Origin: Alphaproteobacteria bacterium
GTDB taxonomy: Bacteria; Pseudomonadota; Alphaproteobacteria; JAUHZC01
DNA: 64,000 nucleotides
Assembly: GCA_030425805.1 (NCBI GenBank)
Contig: JAUHZC010000003.1
Location: 701 to 64,700, forward strand
Reading direction: 5' to 3'
Position 1 is the stretch's first letter. Each line of letters opens with the position of its first letter. Of the stretch, positions 1 to 10,765 are shown one piece after another. The position numbers and the translations under genes are program-made. The notes beneath the pieces were generated by a model. It was not told the origin of the DNA, searched no databases, and saw nothing but the letters and a program-made list of their open reading frames with translations.

Positions 1-188
1 ATAAGTCCCCGCCTCTCTTACAAGATCAATTTCTCGAAAAATTTTCAAAACTTGAAAAATGGGAACAAACCCTAATTGTATCTTCCCTACAACGTGTGGC
101 TGATATGATGAAGGCGACAAAATTTGATGCCTCACCCATCCTTGGAGTTGGGGCTATTGCGCCTGAGACTCTTAAGAAAGATTCTTAA
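1..188 (+). CDS. 3' end of MarR-family transcriptional regulator (EctR-like), truncated by window edge
   Basis: Not in ORF track. Frame 3 translates to KSPPLLQDQFLEKFSKLEKWEQTLIVSSLQRVADMMKATKFDASPILGVG...; stop TAA at 186-188. Resembles the C-terminus of EctR-type MarR proteins as recalled. Confidence 0.7.
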   Translation, partial: KSPPLLQDQFLEKFSKLEKWEQTLIVSSLQRVADMMKATKFDASPILGVGAIAPETLKKDS

Positions 189-1128
189 TATTTTTTGGCC
201 GATGATGTAGCTTCAGAGAAGCACGTCGATTGCAAAAATCCCGATAACTCAACGGAAGCATGACAAGATATCCCACAGTTGTAAGCATGAGGCTTGTCCA
301 TGGAGCTGCTGCAAAAGCTGTACACCCTAACCCAACCCCCATCAAGAGGGGGAGGCGTAAATGAGGAGGGACTTTTACAGACTTTAGAGAGTATGTTGGA
401 AGCCGGCTAATCATAAGCCCACCAGACAAAACAAGGAACGCTCCATGGATATATGCAGAAAGTTTAAAATCAAAAGCAAACCCAACAACTGTTGGAAACA
501 GGGCAAGCACTGCTCCTAAGGGAGCTGGCACACCAATGAAAAAATTATCAGGGAGCTTCATTTTTCGTGTATGCAGCTGGCTATTGAAACGCGCAAGGCG
601 TAAAGCCTGACAAAAGATAAAAAAGAGACAGAGCATCCAGCCAGCCGTCTCAAAGGATTGGAAATAGGCCACATAGACTACAATCGCAGGTGTCACACCA
701 AAACATGCAAAATCTGAAAGAGAGTCTAGCTGAGCGCCAAATTCGCTTGAAGCATTTAGAAGTCGAGCAAGACGCCCATCCACACCATCGAGGAGAGCCG
801 CAATTAAAATACACAAAACAGCAAAATTAATTTCCCCAATATAGGCAAAGCGGAAAGCAGAAAATCCTGCTGCCAGGGCCCCAAGAGTCACAATATTCGG
901 AAGCATCTTAGATAAAGGCATATCTATTGTTTTAACCCGTGCTTTTGCCCGCTCTACCTTTTGAGCTGTTTTAGTGCGAACGTGCGTGCGAGCTTTGCGA
1001 ACACTTTGAAGAGCCTTTTTACGAAACGCTTCCCGGGCCGCCCGAAACTTTCCTTGAGGCTGCACTTTTTTACGCTCCAGAGGGCGCCGGATGGGCGTGC
1101 GCCGCCCTTGTCTGAGTCGGGGAAGCAT
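172..1128 (-). CDS. pssA: CDP-diacylglycerol--serine O-phosphatidyltransferase
   Basis: CDP-alcohol motif DGVDGRLARLLNASSEFGAQLDSLSD; directly downstream of psd. Confidence 0.9.
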   Translation of the reverse strand: MLPRLRQGRRTPIRRPLERKKVQPQGKFRAAREAFRKKALQSVRKARTHVRTKTAQKVERAKARVKTIDMPLSKMLPNIVTLGALAAGFSAFRFAYIGEINFAVLCILIAALLDGVDGRLARLLNASSEFGAQLDSLSDFACFGVTPAIVVYVAYFQSFETAGWMLCLFFIFCQALRLARFNSQLHTRKMKLPDNFFIGVPAPLGAVLALFPTVVGFAFDFKLSAYIHGAFLVLSGGLMISRLPTYSLKSVKVPPHLRLPLLMGVGLGCTAFAAAPWTSLMLTTVGYLVMLPLSYRDFCNRRASLKLHHRPKNIKNLS

Positions 1129-1839
1129 TTAGATTCTTTTACCTTCTAAGGCTTTTTGGTCTGAATCAAGAACATTCGCCAAAACTGTTTCTCCACCAAT
1201 GGTTCTTTGGCCTAGAGCAACGTGGGGGGCTATACCCTTAGGAAGATACACATCAACACGGCTACCAAAGCGGATCAAACCATAGGTTTGTCCACGCTCA
1301 ACAACCTGCCCTTCCTGGACATCACACCGAATGCGGCGTGCTAAAAGACCTGCAATCTGAACACAGGGCAATTGGATTTTTGTTTTCTTATCCTCAATCA
1401 ACATAACCAACCGCTCGTTCTCTTCTGAAGCGTTATCTTCATCAGCAGTTAGAAAACGGCCTGGCGTATGAACCTTTGCTGTTGCCTCTCCATCCATAGG
1501 AATGCGGTTAATATGAACATCAAAAATATCCATAAAAATGGACACTTTTGTCCAGTCCTTTCCAGAAAGACCAAGCTCATGAGGAGCTGAAATTTTATCC
1601 TGAATTTGACACACAACCCCATCTGCAGGCGCAACAACAACTCCAGGTGTCTGAGGAATGACCCGAGAAGGGTTGCGGAAAAAACAAAAGATCCAAATCG
1701 TGACAGCCAAGCCAATCAAGCCAAAAACTGTCCAAATTGACCAAAGCAAAAGGGTTAGAAGCAAAGAAATAAGCCCATAGATATACCCCTCAGGGTGAAT
1801 CGAAAATTGTGTAAGCTGACGAAAGTTCACGGGTCCCAT
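1129..1839 (-). CDS. psd: Phosphatidylserine decarboxylase proenzyme
   Basis: FFRNP, APADG, DVHINRIP and GLIRFGSRVD self-cleavage motif. Confidence 0.95.
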   Translation of the reverse strand: MGPVNFRQLTQFSIHPEGYIYGLISLLLTLLLWSIWTVFGLIGLAVTIWIFCFFRNPSRVIPQTPGVVVAPADGVVCQIQDKISAPHELGLSGKDWTKVSIFMDIFDVHINRIPMDGEATAKVHTPGRFLTADEDNASEENERLVMLIEDKKTKIQLPCVQIAGLLARRIRCDVQEGQVVERGQTYGLIRFGSRVDVYLPKGIAPHVALGQRTIGGETVLANVLDSDQKALEGKRI

Positions 1840-1906
1840 CCTTTATCTTTCCTGTGTAGAGGATACTCCTTGATGCTAGTCTCTGGCAAGTGATCTTGTA
1901 AATTTT

Positions 1907-3049
1907 CTATTTCACAGGAATCAGTGCAATTCTATTTTTCTCAACGCCAACCGCCATATTTCCCTCAAGAAGTGCGAGTGCCTTTTGGCCAAAAACCTCA
2001 AAGCGCCAACCTTCCTGGAGTTGGTTTGGAAGCGCGTGATTGCGAACAATATCCTCAAGAACACTCGCACTACACAAGAGCATTGGGCTAATACCTTGAT
2101 CCTGCGCAAGAAGCTTTTGTGCAAGTTTTAGAAGCTCAAGTTGGCTTGCTTGCAAGCGCGTCAGAGGTTTTTTTTCCTGCAAAACATCTTCCCACTCAAA
2201 GCTTTGGTCTTTTTCAAGCTTTAATGCTTTTTCCACAAAAGATTTTATCGGAGGGCGACGTCGCGCTGCGCGCATTCCCATAACTTGCTTTGTAGATTGC
2301 GGGGAGGCAGCAGCCCACTCTAGTAAAGCCTCATCAGAGCAAATACTCTTTCGTGGCGCATCCTGAGCCTGTGCTACATTTTCCCGCAAGGCAACCAAGG
2401 TTCCCAGTTTATCCAAATATGATTTGGAACGAACCTTTGGTTTAAGGCGCAATGTCAAAAATTCTGTAGAAGGGTTGTATAGCTCTGGATTTAGAAGGCT
2501 TCTCATTTCCTCCTCAACCCAAGTTGTTCGGCCCTGATGCTCTAGTTCCTGTAGCATCTTTTCATAGACTTGAATGAGGTATGTTACATCATCTGCGGCA
2601 TAGGCTTGCTGATCTGAACTGAGAGGTCGCTTGCGCCAATCTGTAATTTGAGCATGCTTTGAAAGGCGAACACCCAGCATTTGTTGGACAAGTGGCTGAT
2701 AGCCAACCGAATCCTGATATCCCAAAGCGAGAGCCCCAACTTGCGTATCAAAAAAAGGCATTGGGAGGACAGCACCCTTTGCATAAAAAATTTCTAGATC
2801 CTGCCGCGCAGCATGAAAAACCTTCACAATCCTAGGATTTCTTAGAAAATCCCACAAAGGTTCAAGAGAGAGGTTTGGGCTTAAGGGATCAACAAGCCAG
2901 TAGTGATCCTTGATTGCTAGTTGCACCAAACATAGTTCTGGCCAATAGGTTGTTTCCCGATGAAACTCTGTATCAATTGCAACAGCTGACGCTTGCTCAA
3001 TTTCGATAATTGCTTTTTTTAGATCAGAGGTTTGGGTAATGAAAGTCAT
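1907..3049 (-). CDS. rnd: Ribonuclease D
   Basis: DEDDy motifs AIDTEFHRETTYWPELCLVQ, FHAARQDL, YAADDV; HRDC-like C-terminus. Confidence 0.93.
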   Translation of the reverse strand: MTFITQTSDLKKAIIEIEQASAVAIDTEFHRETTYWPELCLVQLAIKDHYWLVDPLSPNLSLEPLWDFLRNPRIVKVFHAARQDLEIFYAKGAVLPMPFFDTQVGALALGYQDSVGYQPLVQQMLGVRLSKHAQITDWRKRPLSSDQQAYAADDVTYLIQVYEKMLQELEHQGRTTWVEEEMRSLLNPELYNPSTEFLTLRLKPKVRSKSYLDKLGTLVALRENVAQAQDAPRKSICSDEALLEWAAASPQSTKQVMGMRAARRRPPIKSFVEKALKLEKDQSFEWEDVLQEKKPLTRLQASQLELLKLAQKLLAQDQGISPMLLCSASVLEDIVRNHALPNQLQEGWRFEVFGQKALALLEGNMAVGVEKNRIALIPVK

Positions 3050-3058
3050 GCGAAAAAT

Positions 3059-4141
3059 TTAGCCCTGAAACGCTGTCTGAATATCAACAATGAACCCAGC
3101 CGAAAGCTTCTCTTTTAACCTCTCATAAGCTGTAGAGTACTTTGAAGACACACTCGTTAATCTGACAAGTTCTCCAGTCTTATGATCTAAAACCCAGGGA
3201 TCAACGGCTCGAAATTTTGGGCGTTCAACTGTAGGCCCCCATTCTTTACGATGTGCAGCACGTGTCACAACAACATCTGAAGCTTGTTTCAGTGCTCTTA
3301 TAACCTGTTGGATTTCTGGGTCCTTTGAAGAAACTAATTTTGCCTTTACAACCAAATCATTGCTTTTAAACATTTCGTCTTCCGAAATGAGATCAATTTC
3401 AAGCGCTCTCAAAAGAGCTTTTGCTAAAAGTCGATTCTGGGCAAGATTTATGGGGTGTCCAAAAATCTCCTCTGTTAGACGTAAGAGGAGCATTGAGAAA
3501 TTCTCGGCAGCTTTAATTTTTTTAAAAAACCATCGCCCTTCAACATGAGCCAAATTATCAACAATAAACTTAATATCCTGACTCGGCATTTTGTAGAATC
3601 GCTTTCCACTTGTCAGAATATACTCAATTCGATCTGCACATACATCAGGATAGGATTGCTCTAAAATTTCATAAGCAGGATTATCTGTATCCGCAATAGA
3701 AGGAGAAAGGTTATGCTTTTTTATGATTTTTAAAAGTCCTGCGTCTTCAAGCACCATCATGTGCTTCTCGTCCTGATACGCTTTTTCCCCATGAGGGTTT
3801 TTTTGATATACATAATCTCCTGTATGGCAAAAAACTGTGTGAGACACATCGTGCAAGAGGGCTGCAACTTGCTCCTCCTGAGACCCTCCGACAAGCCTTA
3901 CAAGGTGGTATACGCCTAAAGAGTGGTAAAATTTATCATAGGCAGGCAATTTCCCAAAATGGTGGGAAGGGCCTGAGGCATCAATTTTCTTTAATCTCTG
4001 AAATCGAGGATGATGTACGAGCTCAAGGACCAGAGGGTCTGTAACCTCAAGTACCCCAAAAATTGTTTTGAAAGTCTCAGCTCGGCCAGAAACACTGAAA
4101 ATCAGAATAAAAAGGAACGAGCGAAGTAAAAAAGGCATCAT
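3059..4141 (-). CDS. HD-domain phosphohydrolase (dNTP triphosphohydrolase/SAMHD1-like family) with predicted signal peptide
   Basis: FQRLKKI...HSLGV...AALLHDVSH...CADRIEY; hydrophobic N-terminus ending GRA. Confidence 0.8.
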   Translation of the reverse strand: MMPFLLRSFLFILIFSVSGRAETFKTIFGVLEVTDPLVLELVHHPRFQRLKKIDASGPSHHFGKLPAYDKFYHSLGVYHLVRLVGGSQEEQVAALLHDVSHTVFCHTGDYVYQKNPHGEKAYQDEKHMMVLEDAGLLKIIKKHNLSPSIADTDNPAYEILEQSYPDVCADRIEYILTSGKRFYKMPSQDIKFIVDNLAHVEGRWFFKKIKAAENFSMLLLRLTEEIFGHPINLAQNRLLAKALLRALEIDLISEDEMFKSNDLVVKAKLVSSKDPEIQQVIRALKQASDVVVTRAAHRKEWGPTVERPKFRAVDPWVLDHKTGELVRLTSVSSKYSTAYERLKEKLSAGFIVDIQTAFQG

Positions 4142-4163
4142 GACTCAAAGGTTATAGAGATTT

Positions 4164-5321
4164 CTAAACCTTTTCAAGCGCAATGGCGAGGGACTCCCCA
4201 CCTCCAATACAAATCGCAGCAACGCCCCGCTTTGCACCGTGAGTGGACATGGCATTCAAAAGTGTCACCACAATGCGGGCGCCACTTGCCCCAATAGGAT
4301 GTCCTAAAACACAAGACCCACCCAAGACATTTACTTTCTCGTGGGGAATTTTGTAAGATTGCATAGCACTTAGAGGCACCATGGCAAAAGCCTCATTGAT
4401 TTCAAAAAGATCCACATCCTGAGGTGTCCAACCTGTTTGCTGAAAGAGTTTTTCCAAAGCTCCGATAGGAGCTGTTGTAAAATCCTCTGGCTTTTGGCTA
4501 TAGCTTGAAATTCCGACAATGTGAGCTAGAGGAGTTAAATTTAGCGCTTCTTTCCTCCCAAGGACAACAGCTGCAGCTCCATCATTTAAAGAGCTTGCAT
4601 TCCCTGCTGTCACCGTCCCATTCTCAACAAAAGCAGGCTTTAAGCGTGGAAGTTTTTCAACCAAGTCCGCAGGTGGAAGCTCGTCCGCAGAAAATGCTTT
4701 CTCTGCCCAAGAAACAGGGCTGATTTCATTATCAAAAATTTTCTTTTGCTGGGCTTGATGGGCACGCCGGGAGCTTTCTGCCGCAAAATGGTCTTGCTCT
4801 GATCGGGATAGCCCTAGTTCTGCAGCCTTCTTATCCGCAAGCTGTCCCATCGCTGTTCCCGGAAGAGATGCTTCTTCTAATCCATCTAAAAGAAGATGAT
4901 CTAAGGTCTTCCCATGACCGTATTTTGTTCCCCAGCGAGCTTGTGGTAACAGATAAGGTGCCCGAGACATATTTTCTATCCCTCCTGCAACACTTACGTC
5001 ATGTAAGCCAGCCTGGATCATAAGCGTCCCTATGCGAATTGCTTGCAATCCTGAGCCACAAACCTTATTCACCGTCATAGCCTCAGCACCTGTAGAAAGA
5101 CTGGCTTTGAGTGCAACTTGACGTGCAGGGGCCTGCCCAAGACCCGCAGAAAGAACACATCCCATATGTACAGCTTGAACCTTATCCGATGAAGTTTTTG
5201 CATGCTCAAGGGCTCCCTGAATTGCAAAGGCGCCTAAGTCTGGCGCAGGGATATCCCGGAACTGTCCCCCAAATTTTCCGATAGGGGTGCGTTTCGCCCC
5301 ATAAATGTACACTCCTGTCAT
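4164..5321 (-). CDS. Acetyl-CoA C-acyltransferase (thiolase)
   Basis: [15 protein letters not shown] and CIGGG thiolase motifs. Confidence 0.93.
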   Translation of the reverse strand: MTGVYIYGAKRTPIGKFGGQFRDIPAPDLGAFAIQGALEHAKTSSDKVQAVHMGCVLSAGLGQAPARQVALKASLSTGAEAMTVNKVCGSGLQAIRIGTLMIQAGLHDVSVAGGIENMSRAPYLLPQARWGTKYGHGKTLDHLLLDGLEEASLPGTAMGQLADKKAAELGLSRSEQDHFAAESSRRAHQAQQKKIFDNEISPVSWAEKAFSADELPPADLVEKLPRLKPAFVENGTVTAGNASSLNDGAAAVVLGRKEALNLTPLAHIVGISSYSQKPEDFTTAPIGALEKLFQQTGWTPQDVDLFEINEAFAMVPLSAMQSYKIPHEKVNVLGGSCVLGHPIGASGARIVVTLLNAMSTHGAKRGVAAICIGGGESLAIALEKV

Positions 5322-6481
5322 GCGGACTCCTTAAATAATTCCCGGCCAATAAGCATGCGCCGAATTTCACTTGTCCCTGCACCAATTTCATAGAGCTTAG
5401 CATCACGTAACAATCGGCCTGCTGGATATTCATTGATATAACCATTTCCCCCAAGGATTTGTATGGCTTCCAAAGCAATCTGTGTTGCATGCTCCGATGC
5501 CATTAAAATAGCGCCTGCTGCATCTTTGCGATCAGCTTGTCCTCGATCACAAGCTTTTGCAACTTCATAAACATAGGCACGGGCTGAATTCAAAGCCACA
5601 TACATATCTGCAAGCTTTCCTTGTATCAGCTGAAATGTGCCAATGGGTTGGTCAAATTGTTGTCGTTCGTGGACATAAGGAACCACAAGATCCAAAGCTG
5701 CCTGCATCAATCCCAGAGGCCCTCCTGCTAAGACAACACGTTCATAATCAAGCCCCGACATTAGCACCTGAACACCTTTTCCCTCCTCTCCAAGGATGTT
5801 TTCTTGAGGAACAGGACAGTCTTTAAAAACCAATTCACAGGTTTCAGATCCACGCATACCCAATTTATCAAGTTTTTGAGCGACCTCAAAACCTGGGAAA
5901 TCTTTTTCGACAATAAAGGCTGTAATGCCTTTTGCCCCCGCATCAGAATCTGTTTTTGCATAAACCACAAAAGTATGAGCCTGCGGTCCATTTGTAATCC
6001 ACATTTTATGACCATTGAGAAAATATGTGCCATTTTCTTGGGATTGTGCTGTGAGTTTCATACTCACAACATCAGAGCCTGCCCCCACCTCTGACATCGC
6101 AAGAGCACCTATGTGCTCCCCGGCCAGCAACTTAGGGAGATATTTCTGTTTTTGTTCTGGCGTGCCATTTAGGGCAATTTGATTGACACATAAATTACTG
6201 TGTGCCCCGTAAGAAAGGCCAACACTCCCTGAGGCTCTTGAAATTTCTTCCATTGCCAAGACATGCTCAAGGTATCCAAGGCCTGCCCCGCCATCGGCTT
6301 CAGGAACGGTCATTCCTAAAATCCCAAGCTCCCCCATCTGCTTCCAAAGCTCTTGTGGAATCTCACCACACTCATCAATGGCTTCCACCTGAGGAGCAAT
6401 CACCGTGTGTGCAAAGCTGGCGACTCCTTGATGAATAGCTTTTGTATCTTCAGAAAAACTAAATGGCAGAGACTTATACAT
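5318..6481 (-). CDS. ivd: Isovaleryl-CoA dehydrogenase
   Basis: Acyl-CoA dehydrogenase with IVD-type [22 protein letters not shown] and [12 protein letters not shown]. Confidence 0.92.
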   Translation of the reverse strand: MYKSLPFSFSEDTKAIHQGVASFAHTVIAPQVEAIDECGEIPQELWKQMGELGILGMTVPEADGGAGLGYLEHVLAMEEISRASGSVGLSYGAHSNLCVNQIALNGTPEQKQKYLPKLLAGEHIGALAMSEVGAGSDVVSMKLTAQSQENGTYFLNGHKMWITNGPQAHTFVVYAKTDSDAGAKGITAFIVEKDFPGFEVAQKLDKLGMRGSETCELVFKDCPVPQENILGEEGKGVQVLMSGLDYERVVLAGGPLGLMQAALDLVVPYVHERQQFDQPIGTFQLIQGKLADMYVALNSARAYVYEVAKACDRGQADRKDAAGAILMASEHATQIALEAIQILGGNGYINEYPAGRLLRDAKLYEIGAGTSEIRRMLIGRELFKESA

Positions 6482-6518
6482 AAGGACTCCTTTGAACTCT
6501 CCAAAGTGTAGAGCTTTC

Positions 6519-7694
6519 TTAAAGATCGGACAAGCTGCTTTCAGGATTCTTCAATAGTTCCGTACAAACCGTATTGAGGCACAAACGTCCTTTTGACGTC
6601 GCCCGGAGAACATCTTTTTTTCCCTCCAAAAAACCACCCTCAGTCAAAAAAGCCAAGTTTTCTTGATCAAGATAGGTTTCAAGATTAAAGCCAAGAATCT
6701 TGTGTATTTCTTGTAGATCTATACCTCGCTCCAAACGTAACCCCATCATTACAGCCTCCTCAGCCTGGGTCTCCTCAGATAATGGTTCAAGGTGGGTGTG
6801 TCCCTCACCTTTCATTGCTCGCTTCATCCAGATTTCAGGGGCCCGATGACGACGCAAAAGGTGCCGCTTCCCGTTTACATGAATACGACCATGAGCCCCT
6901 GGGCCAACAGCTCCCCATTCCTGAGATTTCCAATAAAGAAGATTATGTTGTGAAGCTTGCCCGGGCTTTGCATAGTTTGAAACTTCATAAGCATGATATC
7001 CATGCTCTTCCATGATTTGGCAAGTCTTCTCATAAAAATCTACACTCAAATCTTCTCCCGGAATTTCTAATCTTCCAAGAGCATGATCCCGTGCAAAGGG
7101 TGTATTCGGTTCAATTGTTAACTGATACAAGGATAGATGTCCTTGAGTCAAAGGAAGTGCGCGTTTAAGTTCTCTTTCCCAATCTGACAAAGCTTGATGT
7201 GATCGAGCATATATAAGGTCAAAAGTATAACGCTCAAAAATTTTTTCGGCTGTTTCTATAGCTTTAAGTCCCTCAGCAGCTGTATGGGGGCGCCCTAGAA
7301 ATTGCAAAGCCTCATCTTCCAAAGATTGAATTCCAAGAGACAGTCGATTAACTCCAGCTTCCTGGAACCCTCTAAATTTTTCGATCTCTACAGACTGGGG
7401 ATTTGCCTCTAGTGTAATTTCTATATGGGGATCAACATCATATAGCTCTTTTGCTTTTTCAATAAGTTGGGCAACAGTCTCAGGATGCATAAGGGAAGGT
7501 GTTCCCCCACCAAAGTAGATCGTCTTGAGTGTTCGAAAACCTGTCCATTCTTTCAATTGATCTAACTCTGCTAGAGCTGCCTGAAGATATGCTTCCTCAG
7601 GTAAAGAGGTTGTAACGTGGCTATTAAAATCACAGTACGGGCACTTACGCACACAGTAAGGCCAGTGAATGTAAAGACCAAAATCTTGAAGCAT
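6519..7694 (-). CDS. hemW: Radical SAM heme chaperone HemW
   Basis: [32 protein letters not shown]; rph-rdgB-hemW order. Confidence 0.93.
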   Translation of the reverse strand: MLQDFGLYIHWPYCVRKCPYCDFNSHVTTSLPEEAYLQAALAELDQLKEWTGFRTLKTIYFGGGTPSLMHPETVAQLIEKAKELYDVDPHIEITLEANPQSVEIEKFRGFQEAGVNRLSLGIQSLEDEALQFLGRPHTAAEGLKAIETAEKIFERYTFDLIYARSHQALSDWERELKRALPLTQGHLSLYQLTIEPNTPFARDHALGRLEIPGEDLSVDFYEKTCQIMEEHGYHAYEVSNYAKPGQASQHNLLYWKSQEWGAVGPGAHGRIHVNGKRHLLRRHRAPEIWMKRAMKGEGHTHLEPLSEETQAEEAVMMGLRLERGIDLQEIHKILGFNLETYLDQENLAFLTEGGFLEGKKDVLRATSKGRLCLNTVCTELLKNPESSLSDL

Positions 7695-8287
7695 TACGAA
7701 TTCAAGAGAGCTTGAAAAGCTGGATCTTTCTGCAAGCCAGTCAGAGCATATGCCCGATGATTAGTTTTAGCCCGCACATCAGACTCAATTTCAGCAAGGG
7801 TTTCTGTTTTTCCTTCTGGCACGAAAACAGGGCAGTATCCAAAACCTTTATCTCCTCGAGGGGGGAAACTCAAATGACCATGAAGCTCTCCCACTGCCTC
7901 AACAAGGATGTCACCTGCTGGATTTGCGATAGTCAGATGAGAAACAAAATAGGCCTTGGAAGAACGCCCCTCCAGTTCCCGCTCCAAAGCAGAAAAAGCT
8001 TCCTGGGGTGTCGGGAAAGAATAGAACCATCTGCCCGTTTTAATCGGATCCCAGGTAGGGAGATCTGGAATACACAACCCACTATCGTCAGCCAGGGTGA
8101 TTTCACCTGAAATTTTAGCATAGGCCTTTGCCTTCAGACGTGCATTTTCTTGAAAAGTCGTGCCCGTCTCCTCAACATCTTCTAAGTCATCAGGACAAAG
8201 AATCTCAAGACCAAGATTCCCGAAAATCTCTTGCAGATCTTTTTGTTTTCCAGGATTAGCCGTGCCGAGAAAGAGTTTCAAGCCCAT
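7694..8287 (-). CDS. rdgB: Non-canonical purine NTP pyrophosphatase (RdgB/HAM1)
   Basis: Start moved to ATG 8287 (AAAGGAG RBS upstream); TANPGK, ETGTTFQENARLKA, ADDSGL, GFGY, NHR. Confidence 0.9.
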   Translation of the reverse strand: MGLKLFLGTANPGKQKDLQEIFGNLGLEILCPDDLEDVEETGTTFQENARLKAKAYAKISGEITLADDSGLCIPDLPTWDPIKTGRWFYSFPTPQEAFSALERELEGRSSKAYFVSHLTIANPAGDILVEAVGELHGHLSFPPRGDKGFGYCPVFVPEGKTETLAEIESDVRAKTNHRAYALTGLQKDPAFQALLNS

Positions 8288-9029
8288 GTGCGTCTCCTTT
8301 GTCTCCATAAATCGCCTGAAGTTGTGCCTTTGCAATTTCACTGATTCCTTGCTGAGCCAAAGACAGCATCTCCTGGAATTGATCCTGTCCAAATGGCGTA
8401 TCTTCAGCCGTAGCTTGAATTTCAATAATTTTTCCGCCAGGCGTCATGATAAAGTTTGCATCTGCATGGGCTGTAGAATCTTCTGTATAGCACAAGTCAG
8501 AGACAGCCTGTCCCTCCACAATCCCACAAGATAAGGCTGCAACTTGGTCTAAGAGGGGAAGCGCCTTGATTTTCTTTTCATCTACAAGCTTTTGCATGGC
8601 TTGATGCAAAGCAACATAAGCTCCAGAAATACTGGCACAGCGTGTTCCCCCATCTGCCAAAATCACGTCACAATCAATTTTGATTTGACGCTCTCCAAGG
8701 CCTTTTAAATCTACAACGGCTCTTAAAGATCTACCGATAAGGCGCTGGATTTCTTGAGTTCTCCCTGATTGTTTTCCTCGTGCTGCTTCCCTGTCTACAC
8801 GATCGTGGGTACTGCAGGGGAGCATGCCGTATTCAGCAGTAACCCAGCCATGACCAGCGTCCCGTAAAAAAGGAGGCAGTTTTTCAATAATTGTTGCAGC
8901 ACAAAGAACCTGTGTCCCCCCCATTTGAATCAAACAAGATCCATCAGCATGAGGCAAAAGGCCAACTTGAAAAGAAAGAGGGCGAATCTGCGCGGGCTTA
9001 CGACCATCAGCACGAGAGGTTGTGGACAT
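8256..9029 (-). CDS. rph: Ribonuclease PH
   Basis: GWVTAEYGMLP, QSGRTQEIQRLIGRSLRA, DGGTRCASI. Confidence 0.96.
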   Translation of the reverse strand: MSTTSRADGRKPAQIRPLSFQVGLLPHADGSCLIQMGGTQVLCAATIIEKLPPFLRDAGHGWVTAEYGMLPCSTHDRVDREAARGKQSGRTQEIQRLIGRSLRAVVDLKGLGERQIKIDCDVILADGGTRCASISGAYVALHQAMQKLVDEKKIKALPLLDQVAALSCGIVEGQAVSDLCYTEDSTAHADANFIMTPGGKIIEIQATAEDTPFGQDQFQEMLSLAQQGISEIAKAQLQAIYGDKGDAHGLETLSRHG

Positions 9030-9045
9030 TAAATACTCCTGATAA

Positions 9046-9074
9046 CTTGACCTTAGAGCCCAGAATTACTACAT
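9046..9074 (+). promoter_or_regulatory. Putative alphaproteobacterial sigma70/sigma32-type promoter of hrcA-grpE
   Basis: CTTGAC-N17-CTACAT, about 47 nt upstream of the hrcA ATG. Confidence 0.45.
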
Positions 9075-9121
9075 TTTAGAAAGGTATTAAAGCCTTTTAA
9101 TCAAGGTATTCGATAAGCACC

Positions 9122-10171
9122 ATGTTGAAAGAACTCAATGAACGCTCCCGGGTGATCTTTAATCACATTGTGGAGTCATATTGTGAAACAGGAGATCCTG
9201 TAGGATCTAAGACACTTTCCGAGAGATTGGAGGTAACCCTGTCTCCTGCCACCATTCGTAATGTGATGGCTGATTTGGAACACTTAGGCCTTCTTTGCTC
9301 TCCCCACACATCTGCAGGGCGTATGCCAACTGAAATGGGGCTCCGTTTCTTTGTCCACGCCCTTATGGAAAAAGGGACTCTCTACGAGAAAGACCAAGAA
9401 AATCTTCAGCAAATTGCACTCTCCCGTGGTCTAAGTTTTGATCAGGTTCTGGAAGATGCCTTAGATCAACTTAGCACTCTCTCCCAATGTGCAGGGCTTG
9501 TCTTCTCACCAAAATCTGAAGTGCCACTAAAACATGTTGAATTTGTACGTCTCAATCGCACACAGGTTTTAGTTGTTTTAGTTACCCAAGGGGGGTTAGT
9601 TGAAAATCGCCTGATTGATGTTTCTCCTACGCTCCCTGATAGCGCTTTGGAAGCTGCCAGTAATTATTTGACCAACACGCTTTCAGGTAAAACTCTCGCA
9701 GATGTGAAACATGTGATTGACCATGAAATCTCAGGCACACGCTCTTCCCTTGATACACTTGCAGCGAGTGTTGTAGACAACGGTCTGGGTGTCCTCACCG
9801 GCGTCCCCTCTCAAGGAGGGTCTCTCATTATCAAGGGACAATCTCACCTTGTCAGTGAATCTGCTGCTCGTGGAGATATTGATAAAATCCGCAGGCTTTT
9901 CCAAGCTCTGGAAGAACGTGAAACTATGATGGGCCTCGTTGATGCAGCTATCAAAGGAGATGGAATTCAAATTTTTATTGGTGCTGAAAATGAACTCTTT
10001 GACTTATCAGGAAGTTCCCTTATTATTTCCCCGTACAAAGACCAGGGAACAGGTGTTGTTGGGGCAATTGGAGTTATTGGCCCCAGCCATTTGAATTACG
10101 CAAAAGTTATTCCAATGGTCGACTACACCTCGAAACTGTTGTCTAAACTGATGGATGATGGAGACGAATAA
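9122..10171 (+). CDS. hrcA: Heat-inducible transcription repressor HrcA
   Basis: PVGSKTL, SPATIRNVMADLE, PHTSAGRMPT, GVIGP; upstream of grpE. Confidence 0.96.
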   Translation: MLKELNERSRVIFNHIVESYCETGDPVGSKTLSERLEVTLSPATIRNVMADLEHLGLLCSPHTSAGRMPTEMGLRFFVHALMEKGTLYEKDQENLQQIALSRGLSFDQVLEDALDQLSTLSQCAGLVFSPKSEVPLKHVEFVRLNRTQVLVVLVTQGGLVENRLIDVSPTLPDSALEAASNYLTNTLSGKTLADVKHVIDHEISGTRSSLDTLAASVVDNGLGVLTGVPSQGGSLIIKGQSHLVSESAARGDIDKIRRLFQALEERETMMGLVDAAIKGDGIQIFIGAENELFDLSGSSLIISPYKDQGTGVVGAIGVIGPSHLNYAKVIPMVDYTSKLLSKLMDDGDE

Positions 10172-10731
10172 TGTGGATGGGCGAAAACGCTAAAACTGAT
10201 ACTGAAAACCAAGATGCAGAAGAATCTGTTGAAGCCACCCAAGAACAGGTAGATGAAGCTGGGGGACCTTCTGTAGAAGAAGAATTGGCCGATATGAAGG
10301 ACCAACTTCTGCGTACTTTGGCAGAGCTTGAAAACGTCCGCAAAAGAGCAGAACGAGAAAAAGAAGATGCGGCCAAATACGCAATTGCATCCTTCGCCCG
10401 TGATATTTTGACTGTTGGTGACAATCTCAATCGGGCTATTGAATCAGCTGAAAAAGCCAAGCAAGATCAAAAATCTGCTGAAGACCAAGTCACATACTTA
10501 GAAGAAGGGGTAACTATGACCCGTGCAGAGTTCCTTCGTCTTCTCAAACTTCATGGCATTGAAGAAATTTCCCCAAAGGGAGAAAAATTCAGTGCAGACT
10601 TCCACCAAGCTATGGTTGAGGTTGAAAGTGATCAAGAACCTGGCACTGTGGTTGAGTGCTTTCAAACTGGATTTAAAATTAAAGACCGCCTCCTCCGCCC
10701 TGCTATGGTTAGTGTTTCAAAGAAGGGTTAG
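10171..10731 (+). CDS. grpE: Nucleotide exchange factor GrpE
   Basis: LRTLAELENVRKR, FHQAM, GFKIKDRLLRPAMVSVSK. Confidence 0.96.
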   Translation: MWMGENAKTDTENQDAEESVEATQEQVDEAGGPSVEEELADMKDQLLRTLAELENVRKRAEREKEDAAKYAIASFARDILTVGDNLNRAIESAEKAKQDQKSAEDQVTYLEEGVTMTRAEFLRLLKLHGIEEISPKGEKFSADFHQAMVEVESDQEPGTVVECFQTGFKIKDRLLRPAMVSVSKKG

Positions 10732-10765
10732 ACTTAGGAACTTTTTTCTTAATCCTAGTCTTTTC
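10730..10765 (+). terminator. Possible intrinsic terminator between convergent grpE and NUDIX genes
   Basis: AGACTTAGGA...TCCTAGTCT imperfect stem followed by a short T run. Confidence 0.35.

Noticed and set aside
120..171. Glycine-riboswitch-like TCTCAGG on the minus strand
   Set aside because: Region is the coding 3' end of the MarR-type gene and other aptamer elements are missing.
9087..9100. CtrA-like TTAA pairs here and at 34477-34490
   Set aside because: Spacing is 6 nt, not 7.
9471..9497. CIRCE element (TTAGCACTC) inside hrcA
   Set aside because: Only the left half-site matches; no GAGTGCTAA at 9-nt spacing, and it lies in coding sequence.
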